Positions 38,901 to 53,900 of a stretch of 64,000 nt of DNA are shown here, in pieces. How positions within the stretch are numbered: position 1 is the first letter of the stretch; each line of letters begins with the position of its first letter. Source of the DNA: Phoronis australis (taxonomy: Eukaryota; Animalia; Phoronida); NCBI GenBank assembly GCA_002633005.1, contig NMRA01000479.1, forward strand, positions 270,782 to 334,781. The letters run 5' to 3'. The position numbers were made by a program, and so were the translations under genes. Below the pieces are notes generated by a model. The model had not been told where the DNA came from. It did not search any database and saw nothing but the letters and a program-made list of their open reading frames with translations.

Positions 38901-41900
38901 ATGAACAATCCAATTCATCACGAGTTATTGAACAAGTGTGTCACAATTATCCTTATTAGTTTATCATAAAATTCATGCCATTTTACAACACAAGAAGTAC
39001 TTACTTGCAACATTTTTAACAAAATAGGGATATACTACTCAACTACATTTGTTACCTTGACCCTTACATCATGTTGGTTCTTATACCACTGGTAATGAGG
39101 AGTGTACCTCGAATAAAGTTAGGAAAATAAAGTTGTGTATTATTTGTCTATTTATTAAATGTTTCACTGTTTCTGCTGAGCAGGTCGTTTAGACTTGTAA
39201 AACTGATTTGAAGGCCAACCGATAAGTAAATATCTAAGAAGCAAAAAATATAAAAACAAACTTTGATTTTTGCTGAGCACTCTTTTTAATATATCGATTA
39301 GGGCGTGGGGATTCTTCAGCCATGTCTCCATCTTGGGCATCTGTCAGTGTTTCCATGTCACCATGCTTATAACTCATTACCAATGGTGTTGAGCCTCGCC
39401 AACTTTGAGTGGCTTTCTCCAAGAAATGCTTCGTCATGAGTTCCAGCATTGTGCGCAGAGGATCTGCTAGATCCTACAAATATAATGTTCACACATTACA
39501 ACAAAGATATACGCAAGGATTTGAGCAAAATTCTAATGTCTTCCACACAAAAGTACCACATTTTAATTTGCAACATCTTAATCATAAAGTCCCAACCTGT
39601 GTCAATTAATGTAACACAAAAAAGACGTGACCTTACGAACAGTACAAGACAAAAGAAATCAGGTAAAATACCGTTTTGCCCCATCATGAGGGCTAGTTCT
39701 GTTAACAGCAAAACTTAGTGCTAATAACTATTAGGGCAGCAAACTTCTAATTATATAATGTCTTAGCACACTTACTAAGTTTCTTGTTGATTCCCCTTCA
39801 TTTACAGTGACGATGTAAAACTACTCTGATAATGAATCTGGCTTCCCTTCAGCCGTCATGACAGGAAATTTCAAGTCTTTTTGTCTGAATACTTTTGGTA
39901 AGCAATAAGTTAAAACCACTGCATCGAATAGTATGGGTCTGCTTTTTAGTCCTTTAATTAATTGTAAAAATGAGGACAATTGCCCTCATTAACATTCCAC
40001 AAGAAAATGACGACAATTGCCCTGCTAAATATTTCATAAGAAAATTGCAACCCTGTGAACAAGCCACATGGAAAAGAAACTTTCTGCCAGAACAGGCAAA
40101 GCACTAACACTTCCTTTCATAGACTTTGGCTAGTTTTTAAAACAGAAAACATGCAAAAAGTATTCAGACAAAATGATCCAGAATTCTCTATCATAACAGC
40201 AGAAGTTGAATCCATCATCAAGAGTACGCTGTTGCAACCATTCAATGACTTGTCGCAGACATTGTTGATAAAAAACGACGAAATCAATTCCAAGACAATA
40301 TAAATCGATTCTGTGATCTCTCTAAAAACTGAAAATTCATGAGAATGAGGCAATGTCTCCTCAGCTAAACTAAGTGCAAATAATTGTCTAGTCTTGCTAC
40401 ACAGTGACTTAAAAAATCACATAGTTACTGTTACTGCAGGCTGTCACGTTATGTTATTCTGATTTACTCGTACGGATACGCGAGTTTCCCGCCTTGTAAG
40501 TAGACTTGTAACTGTGTAGCTCTTGCGCAAGATGTCGCTTTCTCTATTTATTCTCGTGCCGCCTTTTTTCGAATGTAATTCCACAAAATTTTATGGAGGA
40601 GAATGTACATATAGTTATTCAAAGAAATTTTGGTTGGTGTAAGTACTCGCGTTTCTTGATATAAACTACCATATTCGCCCTAATAAGCGCCCATGCCCCT
40701 AATATGCACCCCCCACGCGTTTTCAGACTTTGCTAAAATAAGCACCCAGTCCATGAATGCCGTGTACATGCGAAAAATACCTTATCTACAGTTCTAAAAT
40801 TCTACAGTAACGCCATCAATTTATCAACAAGATCCAACAGTCCTGAAAAAATCATTGTGCGCGGAATTTGTAAACCACGAGCCTCATCCCTACGTCAGTA
40901 TTTAGCCGTGACTATACACTTCAAACCTCTGCCGTGTTTCAAACAAGTGGTGCTGATCTTGCGAGGGACGTGTCCTATTATTGTCTAGCCTTTCAGAACA
41001 GATGCAGCGTACTTGTCAAAGGGATTGTATTGCATTTAAGTTTCCCGTACACATCTTCTCCCTCAACAGGAATCCAAATTTCTTTGTACATGTGAAAACG
41101 AGAAAGACTAATAATAACTTGACCTTTGTTAAAAGCACATGGGTCAGGAAGCGCGCGCTACATTCAAGTACCTGTGATCGAAGATAAGTCTTCAGGAACT
41201 ATCCATTCATGAAACAGGTAGCATAGGCAAGAAATGAATACTGGCACTTATATCCGAATGTTTCTGATACCGTAAAAAGCGTTTTTTCGGATGAATTATT
41301 GAATTAATCGTAATTGGAGTTTTTAAAGTAAAAATGAGCCACTGATAGTGAACACTTCCGCACCCTAACACCCCCGAATCTCCCGAGAAATAACTGTTGG
41401 ACTGACGCGCATCCAGTCAACCAACGACTCAATGACATCGGCCTTACCGAGACAGTCTCGAACATTTTTTAGCATATGAGATCAACAAGTGCTTTACTGA
41501 TTGTGTTAATTTCTTTAGTTACAATGCACACATAGATCGTTACATTGCATTTACTCTGGCAAATTAATTCTGATGACACGCACATGCTCACTCATTCACA
41601 TACGCAGACGAACAAATATCACCTAACAACATGTGTGTTTGTCCAGATTTTTCTGGTGTTGCGGAGTACGATCTAGTGCGGATTTGGACTTAATATGCAG
41701 TTAATCCTGACTCCACAGGAACTTGAAAATCTTAGGGACGCTATTTTGAAAACTTACGGAGGACTTCAGATAATATTTGTTGAGTCGAAACTATATTTTT
41801 ACTCAAGAATTCAAGTTGACCTATCGGCAATCGCGTGGTAGCGACGCATCAGTCAGCAAGTTTTCGCACTGGGCTTTTCTGAAAAATGATCATAATTTAA

Positions 41901-44900
41901 CAACAAAGTTTGATAGCAAAGCAATGCAATTTTGTAGAAACTCTGTCATAGGTTACAGATGCGTCAGACCATAAATTTGATGAATTCTAGCTTACTATTT
42001 CACCTGTTTCGGAGACCGGGCTTCAACCACTTTGGGCTATAATTAGCGCCCCCCCTTCCTGAATTTTTCTAAGCGCCCTAAGCGCTTATCAGGGTTAATA
42101 CGGTAGTTTATTTGCATTCATTATTATTAGTTTTCCCCCATTCTGTCAGGTGTATTTAACATTTTGAACGCTTGCTATTAAGGTATGCCCTTAGTGCCCA
42201 ATGTCATTTTTACTTGGCGGAATTCTGGGAATTCTGTCAAGTATGTTGGTCTGACACCAAGTTTTTTTGTTCGCTCTCTACAGGTCGCAATTTTCGTCTG
42301 ATTTTCACAAAATTTGTACACAACGTGTAGATTGGAAGTACTGGAACGCTATTGTTTTTGGTCATGATCGGATACAAAATAGCAGACGTGGCGGCCATTT
42401 TGTATGCGATTTCATAGTCAAATGCTCGTAGAGGCCGCATGTTGCGACGTACAGTGCGGAAAATCGGTACGATTATACTAGTAAGAACACATGTGCTACA
42501 ATTAAGCAGAAAATCGTTAACGTCCGGTTAAAGATGGCGGAAATATGGGAAGTGGCGCATGCGCACCCCGAAATATGACCAAAAACGTTTTCTTCTGTAG
42601 AGGGCGTATTTGCCAACCTATTTCTTACTGATTTCTGACATCTTCGCTAGTCATGTGAATGTCATTGTGTTGCTCATAATCTCCACTATCATCATCATCA
42701 TCGTCGTCATCTCCATCGTCGTCTCTTCGGTTAACTTTGCCAAGTGTCGCTCCTCCGAGTGCTGTCGCACTGTTGTCAGTTTACCGGCTATTAAACAAGA
42801 CTGCAACCTATTTCTTACTGAATTCTTTGCTAGTCACACGAATGTTATCGTGTTGTTCATAATCTCCGCCTTCATCGTCATGATCGTCGTCGTCGTCCTC
42901 CCATCGTCCTGTTTTCGCGTAATCTCGCCAAGTGTCACTCCTCTGAGCGCTCTCGTCTTGGGTGTTGTCCGGAGAATTGAATTGTTATATACATGTATAT
43001 AGATTATGTAACATGTAAATTTGAAATTTGAATATTTACATTAATTTTATTAACATATTTGCAAAACACTTGACAAGTTATACAAAACACAATACAGGGA
43101 CAAAGACTGGGATGACCGCCGTCATTTAAAGCTTGCGGTCGAGTCGTTGACATCACCTAGTTGCTCACACGTGGTCCACAGCTTCCCAATAAATATTACA
43201 GAGTTCCATGCACATTATGGCAGATGATAGCTGCCTCCACAGTTAAATGCGCTCACCACAACAACAAAACACTTGCTCAATAGCTTGACGACATATAAAC
43301 AGTCATTAGAATGTTCAGCACCAGTGTCTAACTAACAGTTTATCTGTGTTATATATAACAATCTCCACTCACGTCCACACGTAGTCACGGACCAACTTGA
43401 AGTGTCCGGCAACAACTGAACACAGGGTAAAACCCAAACTGACCCCTAACAGGAATAGATTAGGTGCATCCACAATGCAATAACACACATTATTAACATG
43501 TCCAGCGTCCGACCTTAAGAAAACACCCCAGTAGCAATTGGCGAGTTGGGTAAAGTCTCAGCTCCCCATTTCGGATTTGAGGTTGCAAAATGTATAGCAC
43601 CGCAAACGTCTGACACGTGTTGCTTGCAGTTCAGCCCATTGTTGTGATGCTTACCCTGCTGCTTGGCGGCGGACCAGGTCTAGTAGGTAAGGACCAGGTC
43701 TAGTAGGTGAGGACCAGGTCTAGTAGGTCAGGACCAAAAAATGGCAAAGAAATATAACTGTTACAGTGAGAAATTGAGGATTTTTACTGTAGTACAATTA
43801 CTTTTAAGTAATATTAAAATATTATGTTATAGTAGAAAGGAAGCATGAAAGGAATCCTCAATTCAACAACTTTGTAATGAAGTGCTTTTTTCAGAATTGC
43901 CTCAGTTCCCTCAGATGCAGTGTTACAATTCATCGTTTAGTCTATGCAACACAGGCCCTATTTTAATCGTCTGATCATGAATACAACAGCTACGATCTCG
44001 GTGACAAGCTTAAAGTCCTTATTGCAAACTGCCCATGTGGTTCCAGTATCCGAAAATACCACATAAATTCTTATTTTTGACACCCTTTCTTTATATTCTT
44101 TTCGCCTTTCTTGCCAAAAGCGATTTTTAACAGTATTTGACCCTTCTCTCTGAGCGTATGATTACCGGTTGTCATCGGTTATTTCCGTACCCACATTTCC
44201 GGCTCATCAGTTCAGGAACTTGTCCTGAACGCCGCCATTTTTGCCTTGTAACTGAATGTGCTATGGCTTGCTCGAAAAGTCTTCATTATTTTGTTTTATT
44301 AGTAATATCTCGTGATTCGTTTGCATATGTAGTGTATTTATTGTTTGTAGTTAGTGGTTGTTGAATTTTTTTGGAATGTTACGCGTACTTAGTATGTTAA
44401 AATAGCATTGGTGTTTAGTTCCTTACGTAGGCCGGTCGCACCTAGGAACCAATATGGGTCGAACCAATTTTTTGCGGCTTTATTTTCTTTCTCATTTTGA
44501 AAATGTACTTTGCTATAATCGGAAAGGTAGTACATTCTACTCTGTAAAAATCGAAAAAGTATCAAAATCGGGGCAAGCACTGTAAAGTTATTGCATGTTT
44601 TGTGGCGAAATTTGGGTCACTTTGTTTGGATCGCGTCGGCCATATTGGAGGACAGCGGGATGAGTTACGAGTTTAAAACTTTGTGTAAATTGTTTTCGCC
44701 AACAAATTGCGGTGAAATTTAGTTAGACATATCTTTACTTACTATTCTGCACGATTTAGCAGTGTTCACCAAATTTCATCCTCGCAGTTGTTATTCATTA
44801 AGTGATAAATGTGCTCACAATTCCCGTTGGACTTCGTCTCATTTCTGGCGGCTCCTACAATGTCGACTTTTTCTGAACTGAAAGGCATGTTCAATCGGCT

Positions 44901-47900
44901 ACTTTGTAATTTGTGAAGATTTAACGTTGATACATTTTGACAAACGTTGCTACAAAAAAGAAACTTTGTTCAATTTTCGTGTTTTTTGTGTTTGTGGCCA
45001 GCGACCAGTTAGGCCTACGGGTAGTCTTGGCGCAAAGCTGTATAGGCCTACTAACAAGCTGTATTTTGACTGGTAGCTGGTGACTGAGGCTAACTAAGGT
45101 CTGCCGTGGCAGTGTGACACAGGACTAACCAGCCCGTAATTTCATGCAAGTGTCTGAAACTACTCTTGAATATATGCAGCATTTATCATTTGACCATTTT
45201 ACTTCGACAAAACAGCTTGCAATCGCGTGCATTTACCATTCGCCAGTGTCTGGTCTCGATCCGCACCGGTTCCGAGTTTGGCAAAATAATTTCTGTCAAA
45301 ATTTATTCGCCACATTTCTTCAGCAAATTCCATAAAATTGTCCGTAGTTTGATTTTATCAAAATTAAGGCGCGTTGTCGATTTTTTTATCCCCGTTTGCT
45401 GGCTGGTAACAGTACAGGCACTGCTTCAGTCGCACTGACGGCGTTTTCTCAGCCTGGGTTCCTGAATGAATTGTACTTCCCGGTTCGCGGCAAGTTCAAA
45501 ATGGCGGTGGTTCTTCGGGTGCGAATCGTGAGTGGCGCGTTCATTTAAACTTTTTTCAAGTACGGATCGTGTATTAGTTATGGGGTAGGTACTTCTTGGA
45601 TCCTTATAACATCTTCTAACCATGTAATAAGGGTTAACAACGCGTGAGAGAAGGACTTTAAATCACAACATACAGAATCCGCTATTGGCATGCTGTTGCC
45701 ATAGCACGTCCACTGTACGATACTTACAAATGCGATTGTAATCGTGTCATGCACGTAAATGCGTTTCTGGAAGCACTTATAACGTCTCATGGGGCTGGGG
45801 TAGGGGGGGGCTATAGCCCTCACTTATTGTGTCTACGCTCAATTCAAACACAGAACTGCACTGAGACATACATGCTAACAATCTTTCCTGAAACAGAGAT
45901 TCACCTGCCGTCTTGTCACATTGCCACAGACCTATGATCTAAAAGTGATGTTCTAAAAATTTGTAATACTACAGATGTGCTCACTGATGTCCGCGGTAAC
46001 TTACTAAACACCTTGGATTAAAACATTTTCAGTTTCCATGGTACACACGTCCTTTATAAATGCAATTTTTGTTTGAAAGACATTGATAGTGTAATAAAAG
46101 TGCAAAACACATGGGCGGCGCAGTGCTGAAAAAAGTTGGAGGCTATAGCCCCCCTGCCCCCCTCTGGCGAACCGCCCATAGACTATAGACGGCGTAGTAC
46201 TTAACAAAGTGGGGGGCTGTAGCCCCCAGCCCCCTATGGTGCGCCACCCATGAAACAGACAGTTGCCGCCCCCCCCCCTTGCATACCAATTGATGCGGAA
46301 AATGCATTTGTCACTCTGGTATATATCTGAGAAATTTTGTCAACTTGCCACAAAACTTAGTAGATCAAAGTACATCTTATTTTTCACATATAACAAGCTT
46401 GTTTTGATGAAGTTTTCTAAAACAATTATGCAACTCTAGATGCTTTTTTATAAATGCTTATTAAACAAAATACAAATAACAAAATGTGATTGGCACCCTT
46501 AGCAAGCCATTCGCGCCCACAAACATACCTGTGGTAGGGGTCATTTGCAACTCCAAGTTATGTTAAAATAGGGAGGCCGACATTCATGGAAATACTAAAA
46601 TTCATTTTTTTTGTACATTATGCCCTTTTCATTCTGAAATAGTCAAAGACTCCCTTTTTAAAATATTCAGAACTGTAATTCCTACATTTAAGTCCCTGCC
46701 AATAGACACGATTCTTCCATTGTCAAATTTGCTTGAAGGTTGGACTTCATTATGAAGTTCCGTCGATGCACGGCTATCATGAACTATCAGTCCTTGATTC
46801 ACATGATAAAATTGTGTACTGCCGCAGCGTAGCTGGAGGGGGGGGTCCTCTCCAGACCACATCCTGTAAGTGAGGTGGGCGGCAGGGCTACACCCCAATG
46901 GGTGAGGGCAAACCACTGAGGGACAGTGCAGACTGTAGTGAGGGGGCAGAGGTGGCTTGAGGCTGGCGACGAGGGGGGGAGCTGTGGCAATTGAAATTTC
47001 TGGTTTCGGGGGCAACGATATAGCAGCTGTGCCCGTGAGGTCATACTTTGGGTGAATCTTTATGAAAATGTAAACTGTCACTAGTTAGAATTGAAAGTCT
47101 AAGGGTTTTACGACATATGACAAAATAAAGATGAGTTTGTCTGCGAATAAAAACAAACGTGATATGTTTCCAGGCATGTAGGAAGGTAAACACAAATTAC
47201 TGGGGGGCACATATCACTTGCCCTAAGGTTACCACCATTTTCGCCCCACCGCTTTTCTTTCCTTGTTGCAACTGTTTTGTCCCCCCTGGGCACAATCCCC
47301 TGGCGGTCGCCCAAATAGCCTCTACATTTCCCCCTGTAGTCATTATAGACCTAATTCACGCCAACAGGAGACGCGTTCCAAAACTAGGCTCGCTATGATA
47401 GCTCTGTTGGCTTATCCGCAGAGTTGTACTCTGTGTTGCTCAAACGGCTAGAAAAAATACGGACACTCAACTGACTGCTTTACAATCCCTGAGGACGCTG
47501 AGATGCGGAAGCATTGGGTCCTTGCCATACGTCGCGACGAAGGAAAATATGTCCGAGTAAAATTTATAATGTTTTAGAAAAGTTTTGTCACATCTTGGTT
47601 GCGGAGCATCATAGCAACAACCGGAGAATCTTAGGCCAGGCTGTGTTTTCATGACTACAGGTTGAAATGTGATGCATTTTTCTTTCCAAAAAAGACAGGG
47701 CCCTCAAACCCTCGATTTTGAGGCCGAGTATCGGCCCTATTCCCGTCTCATAAATATTGGAAAATCATGTGAAATTCTTCGCACAAGGCCTAAAAATTCC
47801 CCGGCCCTAGTGGAAATTTATCTCCGAAGTTCAAATCACCTGTAACCACAGAGGTGACAATTTGAAAAAGCACAAAATGCTACTTGAGACAGAGCCTATG

Positions 47901-50900
47901 AGAGCTTGCAACAGGGCGGGGGTGCTATTGATGGTGACCAGGAGGTAGATTTTTCACCTCACATGGCGAAAAATTACCCTCTTAGAAGGCACAGGCACCT
48001 TTCCCCTCAGATATGAAAAAGGCCCCTGAAGAAACATGATAACTATGGTTGTTCCAGGGGGATCCTGGATTTTGAGTTACGGGGATTCAGGGCAGTGAAT
48101 TAGCCAGGTTTTTGCCTGTCAGACATTCGCGCCTTTGAACTGCCAAATGGAATCTGGGAGAATTTTTGGGGGGGCCATGACCCCCTTGACCCCCCCCCTT
48201 TAAATCCGCCACTGTGTTCTGTCCAGTTAACTGAAATTGAGCTCTAAAACGAGGTTATGTTTGAACAAAAGAATTACTATATAATAACAGTTTTAATTTC
48301 AAAATTCAACTTGGTCCAGATTGATATTTGAAAAATATAACTCATGAAATAGAAGTAATTATTAAAACCAATGAAGAAAGCAGAAATGAAGGTCAAATAA
48401 TTTTTATTTTCAATCATGAGCCTGGTTTTTTATCTTAATAAAAATATGTATTTAAAAACATCAAATATTCTTTCAGATCAATGACAAATCAACTGTTAAA
48501 GTCCCGGGAGTGCCTACCTCACCAGGACCTATGCTTGAAGCTAATATTCTTGATCAAACTAATTGCACATGACAGCAAAATGCGATGAGCCATCACTGTC
48601 GAATATATCTTCAACTCGTCAACAATACGAGCAGATGACCTGATTCATGTAGAAAGTATTTTATCAAGAATTTACAAGACGAAACATAACCTTGCATTCA
48701 GCCTAATACCTAGTCCGTAACACTACGATTGCTGCATTTTGGTCATATTTACGTTTCATGTTTCGAACCTAGTTTTCCGAAAAAAAATTATACCCTTTTG
48801 TCAGACAACTCTTTGGTGCATTGACATGTTCTCTAAAGTATTTTTCTACCTCTTTGTGGTTAATCATTAACACATTTTTAAGATTTAATATCCAGGTTGG
48901 ACTCGAAAGACCGGCCATTAACTCACGCAATGTCAACTTCCGCTTTGTTTTTCGCAGTGAGTATCGCTATGGATTTTAATGTCTGCCGCGTGAATTAGGT
49001 CTATTGTTTTCCCTCCTCCCCTTGCCACTAATTCCTCTGGCCACTACTATTCATCCGCGCTGTCTTTCATTACGTATTCAGGCTACTATTAGCCACAGGA
49101 TTTGGTACAATCATACACCTTAAACTGGGCACCACCGACTCTTTCATTGCCATTGTCATGAAAACCCACACGAGGAAAAAACAGCTTTTACACTCAAATC
49201 TCACTTTGCCGAAGTTCACAAGCTCTAGAGAGTTGCTCCCTCGCCTGTGCAGGGGGCGCTGTTCGAGCATGTGATTTTTCAAGCACCTGTGGATTAGATC
49301 GACAGATGCCAACAGAAGTTGACCGGCGAACGAAATACTGAATGGCATTTGACGAGTAAGTCTCCAGCTCAGGTCGCCAACAGAAATTTCAAATCACAAA
49401 ATGCAAGCTAGTACTCTCCAAATTGGACCCTGATGTCAATGTCACCTTAACGGCATGCAGATCTTCATCTGGTAGTGAAGGGTAGAGCTATCTGTTGTTT
49501 GGAAAAGAAACACGTTTTGATCTCGTCTCATTGTCTGTAATAGCCAACAACCTTGCCAGTTCTTACGGTAATGACGGTCACTCAAAATTGAATTTTAAAT
49601 TGCGACTTCAAACTCACTACTTGCACAAGTTCATTACTATGCATGAAAATGAAGTTTTGTGTCAAAACAACAATGGTTCTGCATATGTGCAACATGTGTG
49701 CTTTCACGTTTGTGTAGTTAAAAATAACAAGAGCAACGCGGAGCGTTGAAATGCGCCCACAATTGCACCGCATACGGTATCCTTCTAGGGTTGTTTATTG
49801 GTACCATAAAGTGGCCAGTAGAGGGCATACTTTGCAAAATGGAAAGGCATGGTCATTGTCTCCTCAATAGGCTAGGGGCAAAATGTGAGTAATCTTCATA
49901 ATACAAGCACATCCTATACACCAGTTGCTTAAAGCACCACAGAAACATAGAATTAAAAACAAATTTACCAACATACGAGATTAGCACAGCATTAGAATGC
50001 CAGAAACAAATTTCTACTTGGAACTTTTCCTTCACAGTCACGAAGTAACACAAAGTATACACCTGAAGACCTATGAAAATACAGAGGTCAATGTAAAATA
50101 CTAAAATTGCCACTAGAGGCAAATACTAAAATTGCCACTAGAGGCATACCGGTAATCAGAATCATCCTAAAGTCGTCATCGTCCGTTGTCAACATCACAT
50201 AAATACACTTGCTAAATTTAGTAAAGATCCTGCAAACGGTTTGGGAGATACAGCCATGGGCGCAAAAAAACAAAACTGCCACTAGGAGGCGCCACAGTAG
50301 TCCAAATCGTCTGAAAATCATTGTCAGCTGTCTTCCTTATAGTAAGCACATACACGCCAATTTTCACAATCATCCTTTGAGCGGTTTGGTTGATAGAGGG
50401 GTGGACGCAAAAATACAGACTCGAAAACAGTAAAAATGGCCACTAGGTGGCGCAAACTACGTCGAATCCATCTGAAAACAGTAGGATAGCGTCATCTCAC
50501 TAATAGGTGCCTACATACCAAATTTCATGAAAATCCGTTCAATACTTTTGAAGATACAAAGGTAAGCGTAAAAAACTAAAATTGCCACTAGGGGGCACAC
50601 CGGTAGTCGGATCCGACCAAAAGTCGTCATCTTCCGTTGTTAACATCATATAAATATACTTACACAATTTGTAAAGATCCTGCGAACGGTTTAGGAGATA
50701 CAGCCATAGGCGCAAAAAAACAAAACTGCCACTAGGAGGCGCCACAGTAGTCGAAATCGTCGGAAAATCATCGTCAACCATCCTCTACATAGTAAGCATA
50801 TACATGCCAATTTTCACAATCATCCTTTGAGCGGTTTGGTTGATAGAGGGGTGGACGCACAAAAACAGACTCGAAAACACTAAAAATGGCCACTAGGTGG

Positions 50901-53900
50901 CGCAAACTATGTCGAATCCATCTGAAAACGGGAGGATAGCGTCATCTCACTAATAGGTGCCTACATACCAAATTTCATGAAAATCCAATAAGGACTTGTG
51001 AAGATACAAAGGTAAGCGTAAAAAAATTAAAATTGCCACTAGGGGGCACACCGGTAGTCGGATCCGTCCAAAAGTCGTCATCTTCCGTTGTTAACATCAT
51101 ATAAATATACTTACAAAATTTCGTAAAGATCCTGCGAACGGTTTAGGAGATACAGCCATAGGCGCAAAAAAACAAAACTGCCACTAGGAGGCGCCACAGT
51201 AGTCGAAATCGTCGGAAAATCATCGTCAACCGTCCTCTACATAGTAAGCACATACATGCCAATTTTCACAATCATCCTTTGAGCGGTTTGGTTGATAGAG
51301 GGGTGGAAGCACATAAACAGACTCGAAAACAGTAAAAATGGCCACTAGGTGGCGCAAACTATGTCGAATCCATCCGAAAACGGCAGGATAGCGTCATCTC
51401 ACTACTAGGTGCCTACATACCAAATTTCATGAAAATCCGTTCAGGACTTTTGAAGATACAAAGGTAAGCGTAAAAAACTAAAATTGCCACTAGGGGGCAC
51501 ACCGGTAGTCGGATCCGTCCGAAAGTTCGCACATGCCGTCCCATTCATGAATGGAACATATGTGCCAAATTTCATGAACGTATGTCAAAGGGTTTTGGAG
51601 ATAGAGCAGCGGACGCCGGACGGACGCCGCCCGGACGGACGGACGGACGGACAGAGATGACGGCATAATGCGTCCACATATAAATATGTGGGCGCATAAA
51701 AATTGATGCTAAAACGAGGCAGTGTCCTAAACAACAGTGCACAACTATCAGTTTTGCAGCTCCACCACAGTGTGCAAATAGTGAATTAGTCAATCCTGAA
51801 AGAAATTTTCGATTCCCCACCTTAATACTAAGTAATGAAATTTCCTCCTACCTTATTTTTCCGGCTTAACCGCTCCAATTTCAGGATTTGAAGTAGTTTG
51901 TTACGATTACTGACACTGTGTTCATTTCTGGGCATCTCTTCGTCCATTGTGGCAAGGGTTGTCCTGAGATTCTGAAAACAACAAAACAACCACGCCGTGA
52001 GATGAGAGCAAAGCTACATGTTTACCAATGAGGGCTATTTAGGTAATATGATTATTATCTTGAAACATCCTGTTTCACATAGGCGGCGCAGCACTGAAAA
52101 AAGTGGGGGGGGGGGCTACAGCCACCTCAGCCCCCCTGAGGTGCACCGCTTATAGACCATGTGCGGCATAGCACTGAAAAAAGTGGGGGGCTATAGGCCC
52201 CCCCCAGCCCCCCATGGTGTGCCGCCCATGTGAGAGCTTTTACCGAATGGCGGTAAAATTGTCATAACAGCGGATTTTCCAAACAAGGTTCTATTACTTT
52301 CAGATTAGTACTACATGAATAAATTTACAAATGTGCGGAGTAACAGTACAGTGCCGTGCCGTAGTCTTGTTAGAGCTGATTCCGGTGTCTGTAGTGCGCA
52401 GAAGACAAATGACTATACAGTGCTCCAGTTTGATTGCAGCTATTCTCATGTGGCGAAGTGCGCGCGTGCAATCTTCACGTGTTGCAGAGGTTATATCAGA
52501 AGGATTAAATTTATGGCCACAGTGGTCTCGTGACATGAGTAGAACTATGCGCGTATTAGCTGTAAAGTTCTGAGTTCAGACTTGAGTTGTTTGACAAAAT
52601 AAATGTTTGAAAATCTAATTCAGGTGTTTTTTTATGGTTGGAATGTTTATGTTCCAGACTCCGCAACCCAATGAATTGTCAAACGTAAGATTTAGTGTGG
52701 CTGTCTTATCTTGAACTCCCGGCACGGCTAACTTCAGTTGCCATTGCGTGAAACACGCTACGTAATGAAGATGAGAATCGGAGTTAAGCGGACATGAGAC
52801 AGTCGTCAATCAAAAGGTACTGCAAGGGCATTACTCAACAGCAAGTATTTGCTTAATATTTTATGACTGACTCGGGATGAGTCGATTAAAGAGTCCGTAC
52901 AGTGGAGGCCCTAGGGAAAAAATAGGGGGTCGAGCGAAAAATACTTTGTACACGCATCTTTGTTGATAAAAATAACTTGTAAACAAATTGCCAATTATTG
53001 GGGTAATCGGTAGCCGCGGTAAGTTAGTGACTTGAGCTCTAACCAGCAATGTCTACTCAGTGAATACACACTAGTTAGTGACTAGCTCTAACCAGCAGTG
53101 ACCACTCAGTGAATACGCACTAGTTAGTGACTAGCTCTAACCAGCAATGTCTGCTCAGTGAATACGCACTAGTTAGTGACTAGCTCTAACCAGCAATGAC
53201 CACTCAGTGAATACGCACTAGTTAGTGACTAGCTCTAACCAGCAATGTCTACTCAGTGAATACGCACTAGTTAGTGACTAGCTCTAACCAGCAATGACCA
53301 CTCAGTGAATACGCAATAGTTAGTGACTAGCTCTAACCAGCAATGTCTACTCCGTGAATACGCACTAGTTAGTGACTAGCTCTAACCAGCAATGTCTACT
53401 CAGCGAATACGCACTAGTTAGTGACTAGCTCTAACCAGCAATGTCCACTCAGCGAATACGTGCTAGTTCGATGTCGGTTGTAATGAACTCGGCAATAGAC
53501 ATTCGCGACCTGAAATTTGGAAATGCGAGGCGAGACTGGTCATTTCGTATCAAGTTGCAACATGCAACCTGGAAATTCCCAAGAATGTGAGCCTAGGCTA
53601 GCTTTTGGCGGCAAGCAGATACCTGGCACTTGTGCAAATCTGGCCGTTATTTGGTTGTTTACAAATAAAGTTGAACACCAGGCCCTCTTCATTGAGTTGT
53701 AAATGTTTTGCATGAACATGGGATGTCTTTGGATAATTCAGAACCGATCTTTGACGCATTTAATTGGCTGGTGTTTTTGGCTACTTTTGCAAATTTTTGA
53801 ATGAGTCGGCAAAAAATTTGGATCATGGCATAAATATGTGATAAATTAAAAACGTCAGAGTGATGTTTCATTCACTAGTGACCAACTTACTGAATTCTTG

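Noticed and set aside
42610-43002. 130-aa hydrophobic membrane-protein-like ORF
   Set aside because: Arises from a ~190-bp duplication with (CAT/CGT)n microsatellites
45695-45707. RFX X-box-like GTTGCCATAGCAC
   Set aside because: One base short of consensus, mid-intron, and could be chance
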